Assembly (NCBI RefSeq): GCF_045037415.1
Contig: NZ_CP173438.1
Length of the DNA: 64,000 nt
Reading direction: 5' to 3' (one strand)
Source of the DNA: Escherichia coli
GTDB lineage: Bacteria; Pseudomonadota; Gammaproteobacteria; Enterobacterales; Enterobacteriaceae
Shown here: positions 35,377 to 45,099 of the stretch, one piece after another
Position numbering within the stretch: position 1 is the first letter of the stretch
Layout of the letters: each line of letters starts with the position of its first letter
Notes under the pieces: model-generated
What the model was told of the DNA's origin: nothing
Database searches by the model: none
What the model saw: only the letters and a program-made list of their open reading frames with translations
Translations under genes and position numbers: made by a program

Positions 35377-36152
35377 ACGGCTTCCTCCCCAGCCTGTTGG
35401 CAGTCGGCATACAGGTCGGCTACCAGAACTCCCGTGATATAGCGTTTATAGGCCACGCTGCCCCGCAAATCTTCCTGCGGGAAAATGGCGTTGGCGACAG
35501 CCTGTTCCAGTGCATTGCCTTCCAGATTTTGAGTTTCAACATCATGCAGACGCAGTGCTTTACTGGCGACGCCATCCAGCGCAATTCGCATACCGTCGTG
35601 GTCTGTTATTGCAACGGCTGCCGTCACGACGGTTAAACCTGCCTGAGAACGGCTAATTTTGCGAGTCGCACAGGTGCGATACGGATCTTTAATGATAATT
35701 TCGGTTAACAGGCGATCGCATGGGCAGGCCAGGTAGTCCTCGATTGACAGCGTTTCGCCGTTGCCAAAAACCAGTTCAGCATCCAGTGCCAGCAGGACGG
35801 GAAGCAGCACTGACTCTTCTTGCCGGGCGGCAATTTCACCACCAATGGTCGACTGATTACGAACATGGCGAGAGTAGACAAAACCGAGAGCTTCCCGCAG
35901 TGCTGCAGGAATAAATCGCGCATCACGCAGTGGCTGCAAGCGAGACATTGCGCCAATTCGTAGTGCACCGTTATCCCAGTCAATCCAGTCCAGCTCCAGA
36001 TCCTGCAAGGAAATGGCAATCTTTTTATCGGTACGGGTTGGTGTAGCGTTGAGTTTGCTGCCCCCGGCGAACCAGACGGCTTCATCCTGGTAGCGGCGCT
36101 TCAGTTCCAGCGCCTGTTCGACAGAGTCGGGTCTGAAAAATTGTTCAATCAT
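35373..36152 (-). CDS. ygfM: FAD-binding subunit of molybdenum hydroxylase (CO-dehydrogenase medium-subunit-like)
   Basis: 259-aa ORF MIEQFFRPDSVEQALELKRRYQDEAVWFAGGSKLN...; stop overlaps the xdhD start by 4 nt. Confidence 0.88.
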   Translation of the reverse strand: MIEQFFRPDSVEQALELKRRYQDEAVWFAGGSKLNATPTRTDKKIAISLQDLELDWIDWDNGALRIGAMSRLQPLRDARFIPAALREALGFVYSRHVRNQSTIGGEIAARQEESVLLPVLLALDAELVFGNGETLSIEDYLACPCDRLLTEIIIKDPYRTCATRKISRSQAGLTVVTAAVAITDHDGMRIALDGVASKALRLHDVETQNLEGNALEQAVANAIFPQEDLRGSVAYKRYITGVLVADLYADCQQAGEEAV

Positions 36153-36202
36153 CGTCTTTCCTTAATTTCCCCTCTTCTCTGAAAGAAGAGGGGAGCTGTT
36201 AT

Positions 36203-37531
36203 TTATGCCAGCGCATCCATCCGACGCCACATACTGGCAGCGGCTTTTCTGGCTTGCGCATAAATGGAATCGCAATCGAAGTTAAACTGACGGTCTTCAT
36301 AGACCATCACACCATTGACCATCACGCTGTGAACGCTACCTGAGCCCATACCGAAAGCGATATGCCCGGCGATATTGTCTGCCAGCAGCGGCGTCGGCGA
36401 GTTGTAATCGCAAATGGTTAAATCGGCTTTGTAACCGGCTTCCAGAAGCCCAAATTTCGCGCCAAAGTTGCGGCTCATCAGTTCGTTGCCGTTAGCCAGT
36501 GCTTTGGCAAAACTGTCAGGCCACAGCGGGCCACCCGCATCGCGATGTTTAAAGAAGGCAAATTTCATCTCTTCAAACATGTCCGAACCAATGCCGTCCG
36601 TTCCCAACGCCAGATTGCGGATGTCGCTAAGGTGATGGTTGTAGCCGACATGGTTGTTCATGTTTGAACGGGCGTTATGCACCAGGAACGCATCGCGCTG
36701 ATTGAGTAGGACGATGTCATCTTTCGACAGGTACAGCCCATGAGCGACCAGCGTTTTGCTGTCGATGAGATCGAATTGCGCAAGTCGTGCCAGCAGGTCT
36801 TTGCCGTACCAATGGTGACTGTAGGAAACGTCGTAAAGGTCTTCCGCAACGTGAATATGCAAACCACGACCTGTGCTTTTCACGGCTTCACGCAGCATCT
36901 CCAGACCGGCATCCGGCACGGTAAACGGCGCGTGAGCGCCGATATGTGCTTCCACCAGATACGGCTCGGTTGCTGCTTTCTTCGCCTCATCAATCTGACG
37001 GGTGAAGCGGATGTTTTCTTCTACACCTTCCTGCAACTCTTTGATGCCGTTGTTACGGTCAGTAGTTTCAAAACAGGTCATCGCGCGCAGGCCAACTTTT
37101 AAAAATGCGTTGCGCAATGTGGAGAGCGACCCGTCGATATACGCCGGAGAGGCATGGTGATCGATAACCGATGTACATCCGCTCTTAATCGCTTCCAGGG
37201 AACAAATCAGTCCGCTGTAATAGAGCGACTCTTCATCAAGAGCGCGATCGAGCCGCCACCAGAGATTTTTCAGCGTTGAGATGAAATCCGGGCAGGGGGC
37301 GATGTTTGCCATAATTCCGCGGGAAAGCCCCGAGTAAAAATGGTTGTGCGAGCAGACAATTCCCGGCATCACAATCCGACCATGCATCTCTTTGTAGCTG
37401 GCATCGGGGTAGCGTTGCGTCAGGGCATCGCCGATAGCGACAATCACATCATTTTCGATGGCGATATCAACGCCTTCCTGCACTTTCGCCGGGTGTAACT
37501 GCACTGCGGTGACATTCTTCAGAATCAACAT
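36203..37531 (-). CDS. ssnA: Putative aminohydrolase SsnA (amidohydrolase superfamily)
   Basis: 442 aa; metal-binding HxH motif (GIVCSHNHFYSG). Confidence 0.9.
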   Translation of the reverse strand: MLILKNVTAVQLHPAKVQEGVDIAIENDVIVAIGDALTQRYPDASYKEMHGRIVMPGIVCSHNHFYSGLSRGIMANIAPCPDFISTLKNLWWRLDRALDEESLYYSGLICSLEAIKSGCTSVIDHHASPAYIDGSLSTLRNAFLKVGLRAMTCFETTDRNNGIKELQEGVEENIRFTRQIDEAKKAATEPYLVEAHIGAHAPFTVPDAGLEMLREAVKSTGRGLHIHVAEDLYDVSYSHHWYGKDLLARLAQFDLIDSKTLVAHGLYLSKDDIVLLNQRDAFLVHNARSNMNNHVGYNHHLSDIRNLALGTDGIGSDMFEEMKFAFFKHRDAGGPLWPDSFAKALANGNELMSRNFGAKFGLLEAGYKADLTICDYNSPTPLLADNIAGHIAFGMGSGSVHSVMVNGVMVYEDRQFNFDCDSIYAQARKAAASMWRRMDALA

Positions 37532-37533
37532 GA

Positions 37534-40500
37534 TTACACCTCCACGCGGCCCAGCAGATAATGATGATGCTGGTGGACATGGCTAATGATGCGGCACATA
37601 TCGTTCAGCTCCGGTGGTACGTTGTTGAACTGACCTTCGCTGTCGATGTTTAACACCCAGCTTTGGTTATTCAGACGTACGCGTACCCGGCAATCTTCCA
37701 CAAGGAAGCCTGGGTTACTGCTGTTATCAAAGTCTTGCGACAGGCTGAAGACGGTGATTTTGTCTTTGTACGGTTTACCGTTCCACGGGCAGAATTGGGC
37801 GCAGTTGCCGCATTCGTTGCAGTAGGCATCGAGATGCAGCGTCTGGAAACGGTTCTGGAAGCCAGGAACCGCAATGGATACGTTGGCGCGGTTCGGGCAG
37901 ACATCCACACACTTGCTGCAAACGTAGTTACATTCAAGGCAGCGTGCGGCTTCCTGTGCGACAAACGCGTCACGATCGTCACTGTTCACCAGAGTGACAG
38001 AGATATCGCCTTTACGTTGATAGATTTCCGCCGGATTTACGTTGTTCCAGTATTTATCGTTCTGGTGGGAACGGATATTTTCCCGACTAAGGATGGTATC
38101 GGTCGCCCGACGCGCGGTTCCGACAGCAGCGACAATGGAGGATGGTCCGCGCTGTACGTCGCCGATCATAAAGACGTCAGTCAGACGCGTTTCGCCATTA
38201 TGGTCGACGTCTGGCCAGCCGTTTTTGTCCAGCGGCACGCCCATCGCATTCAGGGCTTCAGTATCCTGCTGTTCACCAATGGCGGTGATCAGACTGTCCA
38301 CATGCAGTGTTACTGTTTCGTTGGTTTCAACCGGACGGCGACGACCTTTCTCATCAGGTTCGCCAAGCGACATAACGCGCAAGGTTAAGGTGCCATCAGC
38401 ATCGAAACGTTCCGGATTATTCAGAAAACGGAACTCCACGCCGTCGTGCAACGCTTCTTCATACTCTTCGCGCCATGCGGGCATTTCTTGCAGTGAACGA
38501 CGGTAAACGACCGTTGCTTTTTCTACGCCTGGAACGCGTAACGCCGCACGAGCGCAGTCCATTGCGGTGTTACCCGCCCCGACAACGACCACATGTTTGC
38601 CCAGCTTGAGCGCGGTGCCCTTGTTGTATTCACGCAGGAAAGGGAGTGATTTCCAGACATTTTGGTTGTCGCCCGCCAGTTTCACACCGCTATTTTTATC
38701 AGTGCCGGTGGCAATCAGAACATAGTGGAAGCCCTGATTTTTTAACTGTTCAACGGTCAAATCGGGTGAGCAACCGTACTCAAATTTCACGCCGTGAGCG
38801 GCAACAAAATCGATATCGTGCTGAATTAACTCTGCAGGAATACGGAACTGAGGAATGATATTTTTCACCACGCCGCCCGCATTGGCTTCGCGTTCAAACA
38901 GCGTGACCGGATGGCCCGCTCTGGCAAGGAAGTAACCTGCGGCCAGACCCGCCGGACCTGCACCAATCACGGCTACCGGATGGCGTGAACCGGAACCGGC
39001 TGGTTTGTGCCAGCGTTGCTTATATTCATCCCAACCTTTTTCCAGGGCGACTTTTTTCAGTTCGCGGATATTCAGCGCACTGTCGTAATCCAGGCGGGTA
39101 CAGTTGTATTGGCACTGGTGATCGCAAATATGACCGGTAATGGCGGGCAGGGCGTTGCGTTGATAGATGAGTTCCAGCGCGTCGGCATAGCGGTGTTCGC
39201 CAAGCAGACGGATGTATTCCGGAATATCTTGCTTGATAGCGCAGGCAGTAACACAGGGGGCAACGTAGCAATCGGTCAGCGGCAGGTCTTCAGCCACTTC
39301 AATACGCTCTTCTGGCTTCCAGTGTTTCTGGGTGTATTCCATGGTTAACGCGTCTGCTGCCAGTCTGTTCAGTCGTTCGACGTCAACGTGGTTAAGCTCC
39401 CAGGCGTCGGAGCCTTCCAGCTCGCGCATGCAGGCACTTAAGCGCAGATAGCCGCCAGGTTTCAGCAGGTCGGTTGCCATAGTAATAGGGCGAATACCAG
39501 TATCAAAAATATCGCGGATAGTCAGCTGACTGGCACCACCGGAATAAGAAATGGGCAGTTTGCCGTCAAAGGCGCGAGAGAGAACTGCTGCAACGTTGAT
39601 GGAGAGCGGGAACAGCGCACGGCCTGACATATACATCTCTTCACCGGGCAGTGCGCCTTTATTGTTGATGGTGCCGAGAGTGTTAGTCAGTTTTACGCCA
39701 AAGCCGAGTGATTTTTCTTTTGCCAGTGCCATCAGGCGTTCCAGCATTTCCAGTGCTTGCGTCAGCTTGAGGTCGTGATCAAATGACTCTTCTTTTAAGC
39801 CGATGTAACCGAAACCGCAGACATCGAGGATCTCACGAACACGCGCGTACCCCAGTAAGGTCGGGTTGAGTTTCACAAAGGTGTTGAGTCCTTTTTCTTC
39901 CAGCATGTAGCGGCAAATGGCTTCGATTTCATGCGGAGGACAGCCGTGCATGGTGGAGAGGGTAACACCTTGTACCATGCTGGTGGGGATGCGAGCGGGT
40001 AAGGCTTGCAAGCTTTCGCGTTTTTCCTGCAATCCGTGGCGGGCTAAAAATGCCTCATCCTGGAGTAGCTTATTAAGTGCATCGCGGTATTGAGCGAATT
40101 TCGGATGGTCAGATGCGTCCATCATATTGTCGATGAACTGCTGCATCGGCGGTTGCTTAATACCTTCGAGGTTGTAACCGACGCTCATATTAAAGATGAA
40201 CGATTTACCGGAATCAGAAGGCTGGAACATCGCTTCGAGAAGGTGCAGGGCAAACCAGGCTTTGAGGTATTCATCCCAGGCTTTAAGCAGGGTAAATTCG
40301 GTAGACCATTCGGTGTTAAAGCACTCGTCTTCGGCATCGATACAGGGCTTTTCCAGCTCCAGACGGTCAAGAATTTGGACGGTTTTTAGTTCGATGAAGC
40401 GTCCGCCAGTCAGCCAGGAAGTGACAATATTTTGCGCGAGTTGCGTGTGCGGGCCAGCGGCAGGGCCGACGGGAGTGGCACAGGTTTCACCGAAGACGCT

Positions 40501-40632
40501 AACAGTTTTACTTTTTACGGGTGAGTAAAACTGTTGCTCGGGAATACCAAAGATTGAGCGTTGTTGTTGGTATTCATCAAATATGCGCGTCAAAAGTTCC
40601 TCAAACGGAATGGGACGCATAATATCCCCCAT
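37534..40632 (-). CDS. ygfK: Fe-S flavoprotein oxidoreductase YgfK (putative selenate reductase component)
   Basis: 1032 aa; dinucleotide fold [14 protein letters not shown]; C-terminal cysteine cluster CLECNYVCSKCVDVCP; 2-nt spacing to ssnA. Confidence 0.9.
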   Translation of the reverse strand: MGDIMRPIPFEELLTRIFDEYQQQRSIFGIPEQQFYSPVKSKTVSVFGETCATPVGPAAGPHTQLAQNIVTSWLTGGRFIELKTVQILDRLELEKPCIDAEDECFNTEWSTEFTLLKAWDEYLKAWFALHLLEAMFQPSDSGKSFIFNMSVGYNLEGIKQPPMQQFIDNMMDASDHPKFAQYRDALNKLLQDEAFLARHGLQEKRESLQALPARIPTSMVQGVTLSTMHGCPPHEIEAICRYMLEEKGLNTFVKLNPTLLGYARVREILDVCGFGYIGLKEESFDHDLKLTQALEMLERLMALAKEKSLGFGVKLTNTLGTINNKGALPGEEMYMSGRALFPLSINVAAVLSRAFDGKLPISYSGGASQLTIRDIFDTGIRPITMATDLLKPGGYLRLSACMRELEGSDAWELNHVDVERLNRLAADALTMEYTQKHWKPEERIEVAEDLPLTDCYVAPCVTACAIKQDIPEYIRLLGEHRYADALELIYQRNALPAITGHICDHQCQYNCTRLDYDSALNIRELKKVALEKGWDEYKQRWHKPAGSGSRHPVAVIGAGPAGLAAGYFLARAGHPVTLFEREANAGGVVKNIIPQFRIPAELIQHDIDFVAAHGVKFEYGCSPDLTVEQLKNQGFHYVLIATGTDKNSGVKLAGDNQNVWKSLPFLREYNKGTALKLGKHVVVVGAGNTAMDCARAALRVPGVEKATVVYRRSLQEMPAWREEYEEALHDGVEFRFLNNPERFDADGTLTLRVMSLGEPDEKGRRRPVETNETVTLHVDSLITAIGEQQDTEALNAMGVPLDKNGWPDVDHNGETRLTDVFMIGDVQRGPSSIVAAVGTARRATDTILSRENIRSHQNDKYWNNVNPAEIYQRKGDISVTLVNSDDRDAFVAQEAARCLECNYVCSKCVDVCPNRANVSIAVPGFQNRFQTLHLDAYCNECGNCAQFCPWNGKPYKDKITVFSLSQDFDNSSNPGFLVEDCRVRVRLNNQSWVLNIDSEGQFNNVPPELNDMCRIISHVHQHHHYLLGRVEV

Positions 40633-40953
40633 AACCCTCTCCTTAGCTTATACAGATATCATTGAGTGACCGGTGTTGAGAAATCCGGTGGTTTAGGGGG
40701 ATAGAGCAACAATCGCACCACTCTTGCCAGGTTTGACGGGAAATATAAAAAAATGTGAGGCGGCTCGAAACTTAATGGCTTTTTGTGAATGAACTCACAG
40801 GTGCCAAATGAGAATTAAAATCACTCCTGAAAATTATTATTGCCAGCCCATTTATCACTTTTTCTCTTTTCTCAAAATCAGTGATTCCTTATCATTATGA
40901 TAAAGAGTGCTGGAGGGATTAAATATTTGAACGCAATCGTTTAACTACGTTTT

Positions 40954-41532
40954 CTAAATTTCAGTATACCTTTTCTTCGCTGTAATAAAGTCGTCCGGAG
41001 TATCAATATCTAAAATTATTTCTGCATTTTCTATTTCGACGGAATAATGTTCTCCCATAAGGAGTGCCTGACGCATATTGGTGACATTGGGGCGCTGGAT
41101 TGCCTGCATCAGGCATGGTTTTGACACTAAAATCGGATGGCCGGGGATGCCATTATGGAGTGGCAGTATTGCGCCATCATTTCGTAACGACCAGATTTTT
41201 CTAAAAATATCGATGGTGAGGGTTGGCATATCTCCGTGGGTGAGAAAACAATGTTCTGTTTGCACCGCGGGTACTGCGGCCTTTACTGATGTCAGTAAAC
41301 CCTGCGCATAATCTGGGTTGTGGATAATAGTGATATTGCTCTGGTTCGCATAACGTTCGTGCAGTTCATTACCACGATAGCCGGTGACTAAAATAATTCG
41401 GCTACAAAACTGCAACGCATTTTTGATACTTGTATCAAGAATTGTTCCCTGTTGCCAGGGTAACATCATTTTCCATTGCCCCATTCTTGATGATAATCCT
41501 GCGGCGGTAATTATACAGTCGATGGCTGACAT
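40954..41532 (-). CDS. mocA: Molybdenum cofactor cytidylyltransferase (YgfJ)
   Basis: 192-aa ORF MSAIDCIITAAGLSSRMGQWKMMLPWQQG...; nucleotidyltransferase G-rich loop. Confidence 0.9.
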   Translation of the reverse strand: MSAIDCIITAAGLSSRMGQWKMMLPWQQGTILDTSIKNALQFCSRIILVTGYRGNELHERYANQSNITIIHNPDYAQGLLTSVKAAVPAVQTEHCFLTHGDMPTLTIDIFRKIWSLRNDGAILPLHNGIPGHPILVSKPCLMQAIQRPNVTNMRQALLMGEHYSVEIENAEIILDIDTPDDFITAKKRYTEI

Positions 41533-41635
41533 AGTGATTCCATTATTTACAGGAGCTAATAACGCCTGATAATTGCGTTACTTCCTGATGGATTACGTTG
41601 AGGGTAATTTATCCCAGAGAGGTCCATAAAGACGC

Positions 41636-42406
41636 GTGAAAAGTATAATTGACCCATCGGCATTATTCATTGATTTAGGCGCGCAGAAACGTCCCACTGT
41701 GATTTCTATTGTTGGTGCTGGGGGGAAAACCAGCTTGCTTTTTTGGCTGGCAGAACTGTTCCAGGCGAGTGGCAGGCGTGTATTAATCACTACGACGACA
41801 CATATGTTTATGCCAACATCTCACTGGCCCGTGGTTTTCTGTCGTGATCCCGCCATGCTTCCTCATGCGTCTTTTATATCCCCCATTTCATTTTGTTTTC
41901 ACTGCTGGAAAGCGAACCAGGGAAAAGTGCAGGGATTTACGCCAGAAGCGATTGATGCACTGGTACAACGACCAGAGTGTGACGTAATTCTCATTGAGGC
42001 AGATGGCTCGCGTGGAATGCCGTTAAAAGCGCCTGATGAGCACGAACCTTGCATACCTAAAAGCAGTTGCTGCGTGATTGCTGTGATGGGAGGACATATT
42101 TTGGGTGCGAAAGTGAGCACAGAAAATGTCCATCGCTGGTCGCAGTTTGCTGATATTACTGGGTTAACACCTGATGCACCCTTGCAACTGAGCGATCTCG
42201 TTGCGCTGGTTCGCCACCCTCAGGGCGCGTTTAAAAACGTACCGCAAGGTTGTCGGCGAGTCTGGTTCATTAACCGTTTTTCTCAATGTGAGAATGCGAT
42301 TGCGCAAAGCGAGCTCCTTCAACCGCTGCAACAACACAACGTAGAGGCAATCTGGCTGGGCGATATACAAGAACATCCTGCAATCGCGCGCAGATTTGTG
42401 AATTAG
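41636..42406 (+). CDS. yqeC: Selenium-dependent molybdenum hydroxylase accessory protein YqeC
   Basis: 256 aa; P-loop-like VGAGGKTS near the N-terminus; divergent from mocA. Confidence 0.85.
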   Translation: MKSIIDPSALFIDLGAQKRPTVISIVGAGGKTSLLFWLAELFQASGRRVLITTTTHMFMPTSHWPVVFCRDPAMLPHASFISPISFCFHCWKANQGKVQGFTPEAIDALVQRPECDVILIEADGSRGMPLKAPDEHEPCIPKSSCCVIAVMGGHILGAKVSTENVHRWSQFADITGLTPDAPLQLSDLVALVRHPQGAFKNVPQGCRRVWFINRFSQCENAIAQSELLQPLQQHNVEAIWLGDIQEHPAIARRFVN

Positions 42407-42453
42407 CGGCCCGGGTATTCCGGGTTACTGAAAGGATATCCATTGAGGTTGGT

Positions 42454-44079
42454 ATGAATATTTTCACAGAGGCTGCAAAACTCGAAGAGCAAAATTGTCC
42501 GTTTGCGATGGCGCAAATTGTTGATAGCCGAGGCTCAACCCCCCGCCATTCTGCACAAATGTTAGTGCGCGCCGATGGTTCTATCGTCGGTACAATTGGT
42601 GGCGGAATGGTTGAGCGGAAGGTGATTGAAGAGTCGCTTCAGGCATTGCAGGAACGTAAGCCGCGATTATTCCATGGACGTATGGCTCGTAACGGTGCGG
42701 ATGCTGTCGGGTCAGATTGTGGAGGTGCAATGTCAGTATTTATCAGCGTCCATGGTATGCGTCCACGTCTGGTGTTGATTGGTGCGGGGCATGTCAACCG
42801 GGCGATAGCCCAGAGTGCGGCGCTATTAGGATTTGATATCGCCGTTGCCGATATTTATCGCGAAAGCCTCAATCCTGAACTATTCCCACCATCAACCACG
42901 CTTCTCCATGCTGAGTCGTTTGGTGCGGCAGTGGAAGCACTGGATATTCGCCCTGATAATTTTGTCCTGATTGCCACGAATAATCAGGATCGTGAAGCCC
43001 TCGACAAACTCATTGAACAACCCATTGCATGGCTGGGGTTGCTGGCAAGTCGCCGCAAGGTTCAGCTTTTCCTACACCAATTGCGTGAGAAAGGCGTGGC
43101 TGAAGAACATATTGCCCGTTTACATGCGCCCGTTGGTTACAACATAGGTGCGGAAACGCCGCAGGAGATCGCCATCAGCGTGCTGGCAGAAATATTACAG
43201 GTGAAAAATAACGCGCCGGGTGGGCTGATGATGAAGCCTTCTCATCCTTCCGGACACCAGCTGGTGGTGATTCGCGGTGCGGGGGATATCGCCAGTGGTG
43301 TAGCGCTACGTCTGTATCATGCGGGTTTTAAAGTGATCATGTTGGAAGTGGAAAAACCGACAGTGATTCGTTGTACCGTGGCGTTTGCCCAGGCCGTGTT
43401 CGATGGCGAAATGACGGTCGAAGGCGTCACCGCCCGCCTGGCAACCAGCTCTGCGGAAGCGATGAAACTTACCGAACGCGGATTTATCCCTGTGATGGTA
43501 GATCCCACCTGTTCATTGCTTGATGAACTGAAACCGCTTTGCGTGGTGGACGCTATTCTGGCGAAACAGAATTTGGGAACGCGGGCAGATATGGCACCAG
43601 TAACAATCGCGCTTGGGCCGGGCTTTACTGCAGGGAAGGATTGTCATGCGGTAATTGAAACAAATCGCGGGCACTGGCTCGGTCAGGTGATTTACTCAGG
43701 TTGTGCGCAGGAGAATACCGGTGTTCCCGGCAATATTATGGGGCATACCACCCGACGAGTGATCCGCGCTCCTGCTGCAGGCATTATGCGATCCAACGTG
43801 AAATTAGGCGATCTGGTGAAAGAGGGCGATGTCATTGCCTGGATTGGTGAGCATGAAATTAAAGCACCGTTGACGGGGATGGTGCGTGGCTTGTTGAACG
43901 ACGGACTGGCCGTGGTCGGTGGTTTTAAAATTGGTGATATCGATCCTCGTGGTGAAACGGCTGATTTCACCAGCGTTTCTGATAAAGCCCGGGCGATTGG
44001 CGGCGGCGTACTTGAGGCGTTAATGATGTTGATGCATCAGGGCGTTAAAGCGACAAAAGAAGTGCTGGAAGTGGCTTAA
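42454..44079 (+). CDS. yqeB: Selenium-dependent molybdenum hydroxylase system protein YqeB (XdhC/CoxI-like)
   Basis: 541-aa ORF MNIFTEAAKLEEQNCPFAMAQIVDSRGSTPRHSAQM... Confidence 0.85.
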   Translation: MNIFTEAAKLEEQNCPFAMAQIVDSRGSTPRHSAQMLVRADGSIVGTIGGGMVERKVIEESLQALQERKPRLFHGRMARNGADAVGSDCGGAMSVFISVHGMRPRLVLIGAGHVNRAIAQSAALLGFDIAVADIYRESLNPELFPPSTTLLHAESFGAAVEALDIRPDNFVLIATNNQDREALDKLIEQPIAWLGLLASRRKVQLFLHQLREKGVAEEHIARLHAPVGYNIGAETPQEIAISVLAEILQVKNNAPGGLMMKPSHPSGHQLVVIRGAGDIASGVALRLYHAGFKVIMLEVEKPTVIRCTVAFAQAVFDGEMTVEGVTARLATSSAEAMKLTERGFIPVMVDPTCSLLDELKPLCVVDAILAKQNLGTRADMAPVTIALGPGFTAGKDCHAVIETNRGHWLGQVIYSGCAQENTGVPGNIMGHTTRRVIRAPAAGIMRSNVKLGDLVKEGDVIAWIGEHEIKAPLTGMVRGLLNDGLAVVGGFKIGDIDPRGETADFTSVSDKARAIGGGVLEALMMLMHQGVKATKEVLEVA

Positions 44080-44119
44080 ATGAAAATGGCCGGATGGTAT
44101 TACCCATCCGGCCTTTAAA

Positions 44120-45052
44120 TTACTGACAAATCACCGTTCCGGTTTTGCCTTCAATCCCTTCTTTCGCTTTGCTCAATACGGTAATCAGTGCTTCACGACC
44201 TGCGCGAGAGCGAGCAAACGAGGCGGCAGCTTCCACTTTAGGCAGCATAGAACCTTTCGCAAAATGACCTTCTTCGATAAAGCGTTCAGCATCACTTAAT
44301 GACAGGCGATCGAGCCACTGTTCATTCTCTTTTCCGAAGTTAATGGCCACTTTTTCTACCGCAGTCAGAATGATCAGCATATCGGCATCGATCATTTCTG
44401 CTAAACGGGCACTGGCCCAGTCTTTATCGATAACCGCGCTGGCACCACGCAGATGGTTACCTTCACGAATAACAGGGATACCACCACCGCCAACGGTGAT
44501 CACCACCTGTCCGGCATCTACCAGAGCTTTAACCGTTTCTTTTTCAATGATATCAACCGGTTTTGGCGAAGCAACGACACGACGATAGCCGCGACCCGCA
44601 TCTTCTTTCAGAGTGTAACCCTGTTTTGTCAGTAGCTCTGCTTCTTGCTCGGTAAAGAACGAACCAATCGGCTTGGTCGGGTTGAGGAATGCCGGATCGT
44701 TAGCATCGACTTCGACCTGGGTAACCAGCGTTGCTACAGGTTTATTAATGCCACGAGAAAGCAGTTCTTCTCTTAAGGCGTTTTGTAGATCGTAACCAAT
44801 ATAACCCTGGCTTAAGGCAACACAGACAGACATCGGCAGCATTGGCGAGTGCGCTTCAGTTTTTGCGGCAGCTTCAAAGGCCTGGTTAATCATGCCCACC
44901 TGTGGCCCGTTGCCATGAGTGACGATGACCTCATGTCCCTGGGCAATTAAATCAACAATTGCCTGAGAAGTAATTTTTACCGCTTTCATTTGTCCGGCCA
45001 GGTCATCGCCCAGCGCATTCCCGCCCAGGGCGAGAACAATTTTCTTACTCAT
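44120..45052 (-). CDS. yqeA: Carbamate kinase-like protein
   Basis: 310 aa; amino-acid-kinase fold with LALGGNAL N-terminus. Confidence 0.9.
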   Translation of the reverse strand: MSKKIVLALGGNALGDDLAGQMKAVKITSQAIVDLIAQGHEVIVTHGNGPQVGMINQAFEAAAKTEAHSPMLPMSVCVALSQGYIGYDLQNALREELLSRGINKPVATLVTQVEVDANDPAFLNPTKPIGSFFTEQEAELLTKQGYTLKEDAGRGYRRVVASPKPVDIIEKETVKALVDAGQVVITVGGGGIPVIREGNHLRGASAVIDKDWASARLAEMIDADMLIILTAVEKVAINFGKENEQWLDRLSLSDAERFIEEGHFAKGSMLPKVEAAASFARSRAGREALITVLSKAKEGIEGKTGTVICQ

Positions 45053-45099
45053 TTTTCCTCACTCATCATTCTTGATTGTGTATAGATCCCTGGCAGTGG

